Assembly (NCBI RefSeq): GCF_018350175.1
Contig: NC_058368.1
Coordinates: 110,734,001 to 110,798,000, forward strand
Direction: 5' to 3'
Length of the DNA: 64,000 nucleotides
Source: Felis catus
Taxonomy: Eukaryota
In this document: positions 12,218 through 22,727 of the stretch, one piece after another
Layout: the number at the start of each line of letters is the position of its first letter
How positions within the stretch are numbered: the first letter of the stretch is position 1
The notes under the pieces: generated by a model
The model's database searches: none
Told to the model about the DNA's origin: nothing
The model's input: only the letters and a program-made list of their open reading frames with translations
Position numbers and translations under genes: made by a program

Positions 12218-12680
12218 TTATTTTGTTAAGTTTATTTATCTATTTTTGAGAGAAAGAGAGAGAGTGAGTGTAGGAGGGGCAGAGAGAGAGAGAATCCCAA
12301 GCAGGCTCTGCACTGTCAGCGCAGAGCCTGATTTGGGGCTCAAACTCATAAACCGTGAGATCATGATCTGAGCCAAAAACCAAGAGTTGGTTGCTTAACT
12401 GACTGAGCTACCCAGGAACCTCTAGAACAATTTATTTAATTTTTAACATAATTCTTTTTAAAAATAATTTCATAATTTTTTTATTGTTAACTTATTTTTG
12501 AGAGAGACAGAATGTGAGTGGGGGAGGGGCAGAGAGAGAGAGAGAGACACAGAATCTGAAACAGGCTCCAGGCTCTGAACTGTCAGCCCAGAGCCCGATG
12601 TGGGGCTCAAACCCAGGCACTAAGAGATGATAACCTGACCCAAATTTGGATGCTCAACCAACTAAGCCACCCAGATGCCT
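12218..12680 (-). mobile_element. Two tandem SINECs (12218-12421, 12435-12680) sharing one target site
   Basis: Three copies of the target c(t/c)agaacaattta at 12205, 12422 and 12681. Confidence 0.85.
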
Positions 12681-12905
12681 CCAGAACAATTTAAGTAAAA
12701 GAGGAATATCTATTCCTTGAATTATTTGACAAAAGTCACCTGTAAAACGATTTGCCCACCTGTTTTTCCAGTATGTTGCAGGACTGCTAGTTGTTTAAAA
12801 TACACTTTTAATTTTGAAATAACTTTGATTTACAGTAAAGTTGTGCAAAGATTGTTAACAGGGTATCTATCACCTAGCTTCCCTTAATATTAATAGTACA
12901 TAGGA

Positions 12906-13230
12906 GGGGCACCTGGGTGGCTCAGTTGGTTAAGCGCTCTACTCTTGATTTAAGCTCAGGTCATGATCTCAAGGTTGTGAGATCTGAGCCCCATGTATGG
13001 CTCTGTGCTGACAGTGCAGAGCCTGCTTGGGATTCTCTCTCTCCCTGTGTCTCTGCCCCTCCTGCATTTGTGCGCGGGCTCTCACTCTTTCTCTCCCTCA
13101 AAATAAATAAACATTTTTAAAACATCTCTACAGGATTGGGGTGCCTGGGTGCCTCCCTCTCTGCCCCTCCCCCATGTGCACATGCTCATGCATGCTCTCT
13201 CTCTCTCTCAAAAATAAATAAACATTTTTA
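12906..13230 (+). mobile_element. SINEC (12906-13120) plus internally deleted SINEC (13138-13230)
   Basis: The second copy joins head ggggtgcctgggtg directly to the (CT)n tail; TSD atctcta(c/t)aggat at 13124 and 13231. Confidence 0.8.
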
Positions 13231-13815
13231 ATCTCTATAGGATCTTGTATTACATTCACTTTTTAATTATTTTAAATTAATTCAATTTGTAAATTAATGT
13301 AGTAAATTAATCAATCTAGTATTACTTATTCCTTTTCTCTTTTTTGGTTGGTCCATCTTGCTGGAGGTTTGTCTTCATCTTTTCAAAGAACTAACTTTTA
13401 TCTGTCTGCTGCTTCTTTGTTTTTATTTTGCTTCCATTCTTATTTCCCTTTCTCTACTTTCTTCACATTTTTCTGTTGTTCTTTTTCTAGTTCCTGTGTT
13501 GAACTTATTGTACTGAGCTTATTAATTTTTTAGTCTTTCTCAAATATATTTTTAAGGGATACAAATTTCTCTCTAATCATTGTTCTAGCTGACATTCCAC
13601 AACACAAATTTTCTTATGTGATGTTTCCATATCCTCCACTTCCAAATAATTTGTAATTTCCTTTATGATTTCTTCTTTTCCGTGTGAATTATTTGGATGT
13701 GTTTCCAAATGTAATGGGGTTATTTGGACTATTTCTTTTATTTTAATTTCTAATCTTATTTTGTTAAGATCAGAGAATGTGGTATGATCATTATTTTTTG
13801 ATATGCCTTATGACA

Positions 13816-14480
13816 TGTGGGGCTCATCTGGAATGGGGGAAAGCACCAGATGTGGGGTGCTCCAATCAGGTGATGGCCAGTGGGGTGGGGGTGGTGCTGG
13901 TGAAAGGATTCACCCAAGGCAGAACAAAAGAGATAGAAATTTTTTTTTTAACGTTTATTTATTTTTGAGACACAGAGAGACAGAGAATGGACGGGGGAGG
14001 GTCAGAGAGAGGGAGACACAGAATCTGAAACAGGCTCCAGGATCTGAGCTGTAAGCACAGAGCCCGATGCGGGGCTTGAACTCACGGACCGCGAGATCAT
14101 GACCTGAGCCGAAGTCGGCCGCTTAACCGACTGAGCCACCCAGGCCCCCCAAAAGAGATAGAAATTTATTGAATACACCCCAAGGGTTTAGCGGGCAGGA
14201 CAGCAAAGGAGAAACTGTCCTGCAAGGAGGCAGGGCGGGAATGGGGGAGGAAGGTGGGGGCAGGCACAGTTATAGGGCAGAATGGGGAGGTATGGGAACG
14301 TATCGAATTTTCCCTTTTTCTGGTCACTATGCCTGGTTGTAAGTAGCCCATTGAGTAGGTAGAGCCTACGGCTACGGGTCTCTTCATGAGCCTGTTTGCA
14401 TTCAGCCGGGGGGTCACCGTGGGCCCTTTTTCCTTCCTCAGGCATTGCTCAAGCCTGTTGCCTAAAGGGCAGCCTCTACA
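13816..14480 (-). mobile_element. Solo endogenous-retrovirus LTR interrupted by a SINEC (~13943-14150)
   Basis: TG...CA ends; near 5-bp TSD tgaca/tgacc; on the minus strand a TATA-like motif (~14270) and AATAAA (14165-14170); SINE TSD aaaagagatagaaattt. Confidence 0.7.
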
Positions 14481-14490
14481 TGACCTAGTT

Positions 14491-14628
14491 CAAGGGTCAT
14501 CAAACTTTTTCCGTAAAGGACAATGTAGTAATTATTTTTCACTTTGCAGGCCATACAGTCTCTGTTGCAACTATTCAATCCTGGTAATACACTGTGAATA
14601 TACATAACAAGCAAATGTGGCTGTGTTT
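14491..14628 (+). mobile_element. MER58-like hAT DNA transposon fragment
   Basis: caagggtcatcaaactttttccgtaaagg...ttgcaggccatacagtctctgttgcaacta. Confidence 0.7.
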
Positions 14629-14804
14629 ATTTCAGTTTTGTTTTATTCTGACCTGAAAATCATTGTCTTTTAACTGGTGAGTCTAATTCATTCACTTTTA
14701 CTGTACTTTCTCACATATCTGCATTTACACTTAGTAAATTAGTAAATTGATTCAGCTGCTTTTGCTAAGGTGTCACATTTAAAATGGCTTAAACAACATG
14801 GAAA

Positions 14805-15033
14805 TTTTTTTACCTTTTTTTAATGTTTATTTTATTTTTGAGAGAGAGAGAGAGAGAGAGAGACAGAGCATGAGCAGAGGAGGAACATAGAGAGGGAGAC
14901 ACAGAATCTGAAGCAGGTTCCAGGCTCTGAGCTGTCAGCACAGAGCCCGACACAGGGCTCGAACTCACAAACTTTGAGATCATGACCTGAGCCAAAGTCG
15001 GATGTTCAACCAGCTGAGCCACCCAGGTGCCCC
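14805..15033 (-). mobile_element. Carnivore SINEC
   Basis: Poly-T, (GA)n and reverse SINEC body. Confidence 0.88.
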
Positions 15034-15126
15034 ATAATCTCCCTTCCTTTCAAATGGCAACCTACACGTTGCAACATCACTTCTGGTCACTTGCCATCAG
15101 CCATGTCTATAACTAAAGAAGGATGT

Positions 15127-15346
15127 GGGGCGCCTGGGTGGCGCAGTCGGCTAAGCGTCCGACTTCAGCCAGGTCACGATCTCGCGGTCTGTGAGTTCGA
15201 GCCCCGCGTCGGGCTCTGGGCTGATGGCTTGGAGCCTGGAGCCTGTTTCTGATTCTGTGTCTCCCTCTCTCTCTGCCCCTCCCCCATTCATGCTCTGTCT
15301 CTCTCTGTCCCAAAAAAATAAATAAACGTTGAAAAAAAAATTTAAT
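15127..15346 (+). mobile_element. Young SINEC_Fc-type SINE
   Basis: ggggcgcctgggtggcgcagtcgg head; TSD taaagaaggatg on both sides. Confidence 0.9.
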
Positions 15347-15419
15347 TAAAGAAGGATGAGAGATGTAGGTTTTAAATTCGCTTGGTTAAAAATTCTGTTA
15401 GCAAAAAAACTATTTTTAA

Positions 15420-15548
15420 CTTTATGTGGTGATGGATGTTAGCTAGACTGTGATCAGCATTTTGCAATATATACATATGCTGAATCATTATGTTGTACAC
15501 CTGCAACTAATAGAAGGTTGTATGCCAATTACATCTCAATAAAAAAAA
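15420..15548 (+). mobile_element. L1 3' end fragment
   Basis: tggtgatggatgtt...atcattatgttgtacacctg...atctcaataaaaaaaa. Confidence 0.75.
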
Positions 15549-15702
15549 CCTTATTATCACGTGACAGTTGGGGAATCTTTTTTTTTTCCCTACCAGGTAG
15601 AAGTTATGCATTTTGTTCCTTATACTTTCAGGAGGTCATCTTTATGTTTTTAAAAACTTACACAACTCTTCTAATAAAATCATAAATAGAAAACATTAAC
15701 CC

Positions 15703-16185
15703 TGGGGTGCCTGGGTACCTCAGTCGGTTAAGCGTCCAACTTCTGCTCAGGTCATGATCTCACAGTTCGTGGGGTTCAAGCCCCACATTGGTTTTTCTGC
15801 TGTCAGCACAGAGCCTGGAGCCTGCTTCAGATCCTTGGTCTCCCTCACTCTCTCTCTTAAAAATAAAAATAAAAAATAAACATTAAAAAAAAAGAAGAAA
15901 AAGAGAACATTAACCCTACCCCAGAGGCAGGTCTAGGTCTTATGGAACCTGAGACTTATTCAACTTGGGAGACTTCTTTAGGAAAAAAGAGTACACAGGC
16001 ACCTGGGTTAGGCATCTGACTTCTGATTTGGGCTCAGGTCATGATCTTGTGGGCATGGGTCCTAGCCCCATGTTGGGCTCCTTACGGAGCTTGCTTAGAA
16101 TTCCCTTTCTCTCCCTCTCTCTCTCTCTCTGCCTCTCTGCCCTCTCAAAATAAATATATAAACGTTAAAAAAGAGAGAGAGAAAA
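15703..16185 (+). mobile_element. Two separate SINECs (15703-15905, ~15998-16182)
   Basis: SINEC bodies; TSDs aacattaaccct and aaaagagtaca. Confidence 0.8.
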
Positions 16186-16722
16186 GAGTACAAAGAATCG
16201 GCCTGCAGCTTATGCTCTCTTAGCATCATGATAAATTCACTTTCTGTTCTACCCTCTTCCAAAACAACCAAAGAATCTTAGAATGCTTTACACAAATGAC
16301 CCTGTCCCATTCTTTTTGGTTTTTTTGAAGATTTTATTTTCAAGTAATCTCTATACCCAACATGAGGCTCGAACTCAAAAATAAGAGTCACGGGTTCCAC
16401 CGATGGAGCCGGACAGGCACCTGCCCTGTTGCATCTTCATCATTATTGTTGCCTAGTACTTGATCCTTTCTTGTTTTTAAATGCTCCACAGTTAGTTGCC
16501 AGTTTTATTATTGCTGCTTTTTAGATACAGGCTTACTTCGATTTATCCACATGCATGCTTTTTCTCCGTGTTGCTTTTTCCCTTCAATTCCTTCCTTCAA
16601 GGATTAATTCCTTTCTTTCAGAGGAATATACTTTAGCAGATCTTTCCATGAGGGCGTGTAAGAGATCACTGGTTTTTGGCGGGTTTTTTTGGTCTGAAAT
16701 ATCTTTATTTTGCCCTCATTCT

Positions 16723-17123
16723 TTTTTTTTCCATCCAAGATTTTATTCAAATTCAAGTTAGTTTAACATATAGCGTAGTGTTGGTTTCAAGAGTAGAATT
16801 TAGTGATTCATCACTTATGTACAACACCTGTTGTTCATCCCAACAAGTGCCTTCCTTAATACCCATCTAGCCCACCTCCTACCCTCCTCCACTGCCCTCA
16901 TTCTGTTTTTTTTCTATAAATGTTTATTTATTAAGTTTTGAGAGAGAGTTTGAGTGGGGAAGAGGCAGAGAGAGAGGTGGGGAGAGATTAAATCTCAAGC
17001 AGGCTCCGCACCATCATCTCAGACCCAGATGCAGGGCTCGAACTCACAAACCTGTGAAATCATAACCTGAGCTGAAATTGAGAGTCAGATGCTTAGCCGG
17101 CTGAGCCACCCAAGGTGGGCCCC
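16723..17123 (-). mobile_element. 5'-truncated carnivore L1 3' end (16723-16892) followed by a SINEC (16905-17123)
   Basis: L1 3'-UTR motifs (gtagaatttagtgattcatcactt); target tgccctcattct present three times (16711, 16893, 17124). Confidence 0.8.
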
Positions 17124-18613
17124 TGCCCTCATTCTTGAATAACAGGTAGTTTAGCATAAAATTTTAGCATAAAAGGGCACTTATTTCCCTCAGCACTTTG
17201 AAAATGGCATTCTTGTCTCTCATTGCTGATACGAAGTCTGTTTCATGATCATTTCTTTGTAGGGAATGTTTCTTCTTTCTGTGGTCTTCTTTATGGATCT
17301 TCTCATGGTCTCTGGTGTCATGACCTTTCACTACAATGTGGCTGAGTATAGAGAGATTCCATTTTTTCTGCTCAGAAATCCTTGTGCCTCTTCCATCTAA
17401 GGATTGAGGTATAAGCGAACTTAGAACAGAGAAAAGTTCTCCGGGAGGTGATTTTGTGTGTTTGAGTAAAAGCGAATTTTACTTAGTAGCAGTACCCTCT
17501 GGGGGCCCCAGCAAAACTCCCGCCCACACAGACACCCCCCAGATTTTACTGTGCTTTCAGAGGAACGCAAAGATGAATGTTAAAGAACTCAGAGGCATAG
17601 AATGACTTATAAACTGCCAAGTTAGAAACAAGAACATCAAAAGATCACCAAAGCTAACTAGAGAAAAGGGAAATTTTTTTTAGTGTTCTCTAAACCTTAT
17701 GATGAAGACTGAGGGGCCCATTTCAATGCCTGTAGCCATTTCACTGGGGCTCAAACCCTCTGAATACATCCCAAGACAACAGACCTCTCCTCCACACTTG
17801 TCCCCCCACCAACCGTCCCCTGTTCTTAAAGTGGATGAGAGAGACCAGCCATAATGGATGGGGGGAGGGGGAGGGGATGATGCCCTCACTGAGGTGGAGG
17901 GACTCTCCCACAGCTAACTAATTTTTTTTTAAGCAAGCTCCACATCCAACGTGGAGCTTGAACTCATGACCAGAGATCAAGAGTCATATGCTCTACAGAC
18001 TGAGCCAGCCAGGCACCCCAATAGCTAGCTAATTTTTTAGGAAGAAAGCTGACTAAAAAAAAAAACAAAAAAAAAAAAAAAAACAAAAGAGGGGAGGGGG
18101 GAAAGGAAGAAAGCTGAATGTTTGACAAGTCCCAGTCTGGTGGAAGCTCCCTCCATCACCCTAAGGTCCCCTGAGTAGCGTCGGACCAGACCCAGGACAT
18201 CTGAGAGACTGGGCCGTGGTCTGGGACTCAAGTTCCTGTGCTTTAACACTATCTAATAATTCTCTTCATTTCACCATTGTTGCAGATTCGGTTGCAGTGG
18301 GGTGGTTTGCATGCTGAAGGTGGTAGGGAAGCCAAGAATGCTTGGGTCCTGGCCACACCCTGATGGGGCATCTGGCCTGCGGCTCTGGTCTGCACCTCAC
18401 CCCTCCCCATTTCCACTCCATGACTCCACGTGTGCTCTGCCAGCTGGAAGGAGTTTTGTGCTGTGGAAGAACACCAGGTCTGGCCCTGCGCTGCCCTATA
18501 CCTATAAGCTACCCATTACCTCCCAAGGCACCAGTCTTTCCTTCTGTGAAATGGGAATAATAATCGTCCACCCATCCTGCAGACTGAATGCCTGTTTTGA
18601 AAAGAGAAAAATA

Positions 18614-19025
18614 GGGGTGCCTGGGTGGCTCAGTTGGTTAAGCATCTGACTTCAGCTCAGGCCATGATCTCACGGTTTATAGGTTTGAGCCCCACGTCAG
18701 GCTCTCTACCTGCTGTCTACAAAGAGCATGCTTTGGATCCTCTGTTCCCTCTCTGTCTGCCCTTCTCCTGTTCATGTTCTCTCCCTCAAAAGTAAATAAA
18801 CATTAAAAAAGAAGAAGAAGAAGAAAAGATGGGGCGCCTGGGTGGCTCAGCTCAGGTCATGATCTCACGGTTGGTGAGTTCCAGCCCGGTGTCAGGCTCT
18901 GTGCTGACAACCCTGAGCCTGGAGCCTGCTTCTAATTCTGTGTCTTCCTGTCTCTCTGCCCCTCCCCCACTCATGCTCAGTCTCTGTCTCAGAAATAAAT
19001 AAACATTAAAAAAAATTTTTTTAAA
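18614..19025 (+). mobile_element. Two tandem SINECs
   Basis: Heads at 18614 and 18831, each with a (CT)/A-rich tail. Confidence 0.85.
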
Positions 19026-19529
19026 GAAAAGAAATTACTGAGAAGTCTGGTAAATTTTTGTTTTATAATCTTAAAACAGGAGTTTTATTTAAATAAAAAT
19101 TATCTTAAAATACATGATTATGGCATGAAGCATAAAGAATCTCAGGAAAGCCTACAACAGTAATAGTCTTCTGTATCTCAGCATCCAGAGAAAACTAATA
19201 AGCTGGTATCCTATATTCTCCAGTCTTTTTTCCATACTGGGATATAGTGTTATTGCTTTAATTTAATATCAAGAGCATTTTTTGGGTAGTAAATATATCA
19301 TCACTGCTAATGATTTGAAGTGGATTTTTCCAATGGTGTATGACCAGTGGTAAACTAATCAGAGAATATAACCAATCTCTACTGCTAGATATTTCCACGG
19401 TTTCCCAGTTCTAACATATTTGCACACATCTATGGTTGTTTTCATAGCAATGGACTTGCTAGATCAAAGGTCTGCACTGGTACAAATATGTTGCCAAAGG
19501 GGCCTGTTGGATTTTCCGTTGAAAACTAG

Positions 19530-20260
19530 TTCCCGCATACCCCATAGCCCGCCCCATTTCCTCCAGAGGAGCCACTGAGGAACTCTGAAAGTCCCGCCCT
19601 AAGTCGGGAGGAGGTATCGAATCATGAAAGAAGCATGAGGGGGCTAACTGTACACACCTCGACCTCGGGACCCCGCAGGCGATCCCTCCCCTCCCCCCCC
19701 TCCCCCCCCCCCCCCCCCCCCCCCCGAGCGGCCCCAGGGCTGGGCCTCCCCGGGGATGAATTTACAAAGAGTGCCCAGCGGGTGCCAAGGGCGCATTTCC
19801 ATGCAAAGCACTCGGCCACTGCCAAGGTGCGGGCACAGCGGGGGCGGCGCCGCGAGGGGGAAGGGGGCTGAGAGCGCGGCCACTTCAAAGCGCTCCGTTT
19901 GGGGCGGGCGGAGGAAGGGGCCGGACTCGGAGGCCCACAAAGGGAAGCCTCCTAGGGCTGCCCCTTCCCCACAGAGCAGGCGAGGGGCGCGCGTGGCCGA
20001 GCAGGCGTGCAGGCTCCGCGCAGTTGGGGACATCCTGCTCTCCCAGCCTCGGGGGACACCCTCCAAGTCCTCGACCCAGTCCCACTCGGGACCCCGACCT
20101 GCAGACTCTCAACGCCGTTCGCCCGGGGCGCCTCGGATCTGAGATGCGAGCTGCACAGGACCAGCCAGACCCAGAACAAAAGTAACACTCTGAGCTTTTC
20201 CACTGTGCAGAATTCCCCCAGCCTCGGCTTTCGTTTTTTGGGTTAGGAGCGGGTGTCTTG
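19530..20260. promoter_or_regulatory. Orphan CpG island about 41-42 kb upstream of TCF7
   Basis: Abrupt rise in GC and CpG density, GC boxes, C-rich tract at 19684-19725, TCF motif ACTTCAAAG at 19882-19890; no recognisable coding exon. Confidence 0.75.
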
Positions 20261-20829
20261 AAAGAAATGAGAAGTTAAGATTTGAGTCTGAAAGGATTAA
20301 AATTCTCTCCCTCCCAACCCCCCAGTTCCAGTATTACTGCAGAGTTAGCAAGTTAAGGCCGGTGGCTGATGGGATACTGGACAGAGCATGGCCATGACTG
20401 GAGCTCAGGCCGCCAGAATAGGGCTCCCACTGAGAGCCACTCTACCCCCTCCGTGGTGTCCCCTCTCCCACTCCCCCGTGGTTAGGCCTGTTCCAGGGTA
20501 ACCCCTGCACAGGCCACAGAGCTTGCCCAGGGCTCCTGTCACATCTGAGGTTGTGCAGTGGTTGTTCCTGCTGTGGGACTCAGACCTCCAACAGCTGCAG
20601 GGGTGCAGAGAGGGCCTCAAACAGCTTCGTAGCTGGCCCTACCGTCTAGCCCCCATATCCAGGGATTGAACAGCCTGAGCCCATCCTGCAGACACCTTCT
20701 AAGTATTATTTTACGTTCATTATTCACCCATTCAACAGGCTGTGTTAGGCACTTACTATGTGCCAAGTGCTGGGAAGACAACCATGAACCCATCAGAGAA
20801 GGTATTCGAGATTTTAGACATCACCCCCC

Positions 20830-21011
20830 GGGGGCACCTGGGTAGCTCAGAGGGTTAAGCATCTGACTCTTGATTTCAGCTCGGGTCATGATCTCAGGGT
20901 CATGATCTCAGGGTCGTGAGATCAAGTGCCATGTCAGGCTGTGTGTTGACTGTGTGGAGCCTGCTTGGGATTCTCTCCCCCTCTCTCTCTACTCCTCGCC
21001 CACTCATTCTC

Positions 21012-21043
<32 letters not shown>

Positions 21044-21090
21044 TCTCTCTCCCTCTCGCATTTTGTCTGTCTCTCTTTCCCCCCAAGAGA
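20830..21090 (+). mobile_element. SINEC with internal 14-bp tandem duplication and long (CT)n
   Basis: gggtcatgatctca repeated from 20883. Confidence 0.82.
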
Positions 21091-22061
21091 GAGGCACAAA
21101 GGCACACCAGCCTGCCTCAAACAACATTTCTGCACTGGATTAGAGTTGGATCCAAACTTTGCCCCCACCAGAGAGGGGCCCGGAGCAGCTCTCCTGAGCT
21201 CCAAAGGAGCTCCCATCCCTCCCACCAGATGTGTGGCACAGTGGCTAGGGCTTCTTCTCTTCTGCCTTCTGGTAACTGCAACAGACAAAGAAGCCAGGAG
21301 TCTAGAGGAAGCTTCTTTCTGACGATCAAGGTTGCTGATGTTCATGAACAATATCCCAGGGGTCAAAGGGCAAGGAGACTGGTGGGCTGCGGCGTGTCCA
21401 AACTCAGCTCTAGCCAGAGGCACTGGCCAAATGCCCACTGAGGTCTGACCCTCAGCCTACAACTTGACCATCCTCAGGTGCAGTCGTGTCCCTCTCAAAG
21501 TCACCATGAAGGCCCAGGAAAAAGGCATGTTGTTAGTTCCAAGGGTCAGGGCTCCAGGTTCCCACACCCCCACCCAGTGATGCTTCCTCCTAAACCCCAG
21601 GGTGACCTCATGCAGTGCAGCAGGGAACAAAGAGTGCCTGGATGTCCTGAAACCTCAATGCCTTTAGAAGACCCTCTCTGGAGATGTGGTCTCCTGTCCT
21701 TTTCAGAGCACTTCCTCACCAGCCTCAGCCTTTCCTTAGGCTCCAGAGGGGAGAATGGGGTGAGGTGCAGGGGTGGGGGGTGGTGCCCAGAAAGGGCTGG
21801 CCTCGAAGGCTGTATCTAGAGATAAGAGGCTCTAGGCTTCCAGAACCAGCCAGAACATCTGCAGGGACAGCCTTGCTAGACAGATCTCTGGACCTACTAC
21901 CAGTACCCTGAAGGGCTCTGCCACCCAGAGGGGGAAGCCAGTTGGAACACTCACTTCTCAGTAGAGTGAGAAGCCCAGAGTGAATTCTCCGTGAACATTG
22001 TCTCCCTAGGGTAATATGACTCTTTAAGCAAGTGGAAGCCAAGCAGCCAGCACCTTGAAGG

Positions 22062-22241
22062 CAGTGATTCTCAAAATAAGTTCCCTGACCCAGCAGCCTC
22101 ACCTGGGAACTAGTTAGAAATGCATATTAGCAGGCCAGCCCAGACCTCCTAACCCAGAAACTCCAGAGGTCTGGCTCAGCAATTGGTACCTCAGAAAGCT
22201 TTCCAGGTAATTCTCATGTACAATAAATTTTGAGCATCATT
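22062..22241 (+). mobile_element. MER5A hAT-Charlie element
   Basis: cagtgattctcaaa...cacctgggaactagttagaaatgca...ccaggtaattctcatgtac...tttgagcatcattg. Confidence 0.8.
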
Positions 22242-22503
22242 GTTCAGTGGTGGGGAAGGCATATCATTTCACCTTTTACTTGAATACCTCCCCTAACAGA
22301 CATCTCATCACCAAACAAGACAGCTATCCTCAAGTTGAGCTAGGCTGAGAGTCATATACAAGTATGTTTGTCACAGTGTTGCTTGTGATGGTGACAATCC
22401 AGAAACAGTATAAATGAATATTCATCAGTGAGAGAATAGTTAATTAACCTATGGGAGTACACACTTGGGAAGACTGTGCTGTCATTATAAAAGAATGAGG
22501 TGG

Positions 22504-22727
22504 GGGGCACCTGGCTGGCTCAGTCGGTTGAGGGTCTGACTTCGGCTCAGGTCATGATCTCGCGGTTTGTGAGTTCCAGCTCTGTGTCAGGCTCTGTGCT
22601 GACAGCTCAGAGCTTGGAGCCTGCTTCCAATTCTGTGTCTCCCTCTCTCTCTGTCTCTCTCTCTGTCTCTCTCTCTTTCTCTCTCTCTCTCAAAAATAAA
22701 ATAAACATCAAAAAAATTATTTAAAAA
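22504..22727 (+). mobile_element. SINEC inserted in an old L1 fragment
   Basis: TSD aaaagaatgaggtggg on both sides; L1ME-like flanks at ~22340-23060. Confidence 0.85.

Larger units (their letters stand above)
11620..13810 (-). mobile_element. Old L1 (L1M-type) fragments interrupted by SINEs
   Basis: T-rich decayed L1 antisense motifs (aatcatgtcatctgcacat..., tcaggttcaggaagtttccttc..., tattaagatgattatatggg...). Confidence 0.65.

Noticed and set aside
19794..19808. SOX-OCT-like composite CATTTCCATGCAAAG
   Set aside because: Mismatches in both halves; too weak to call.
19622..20246. Several overlapping ORFs in the orphan CpG island
   Set aside because: Low-complexity Arg/Gly/Pro frames typical of GC-rich DNA; no domain similarity.
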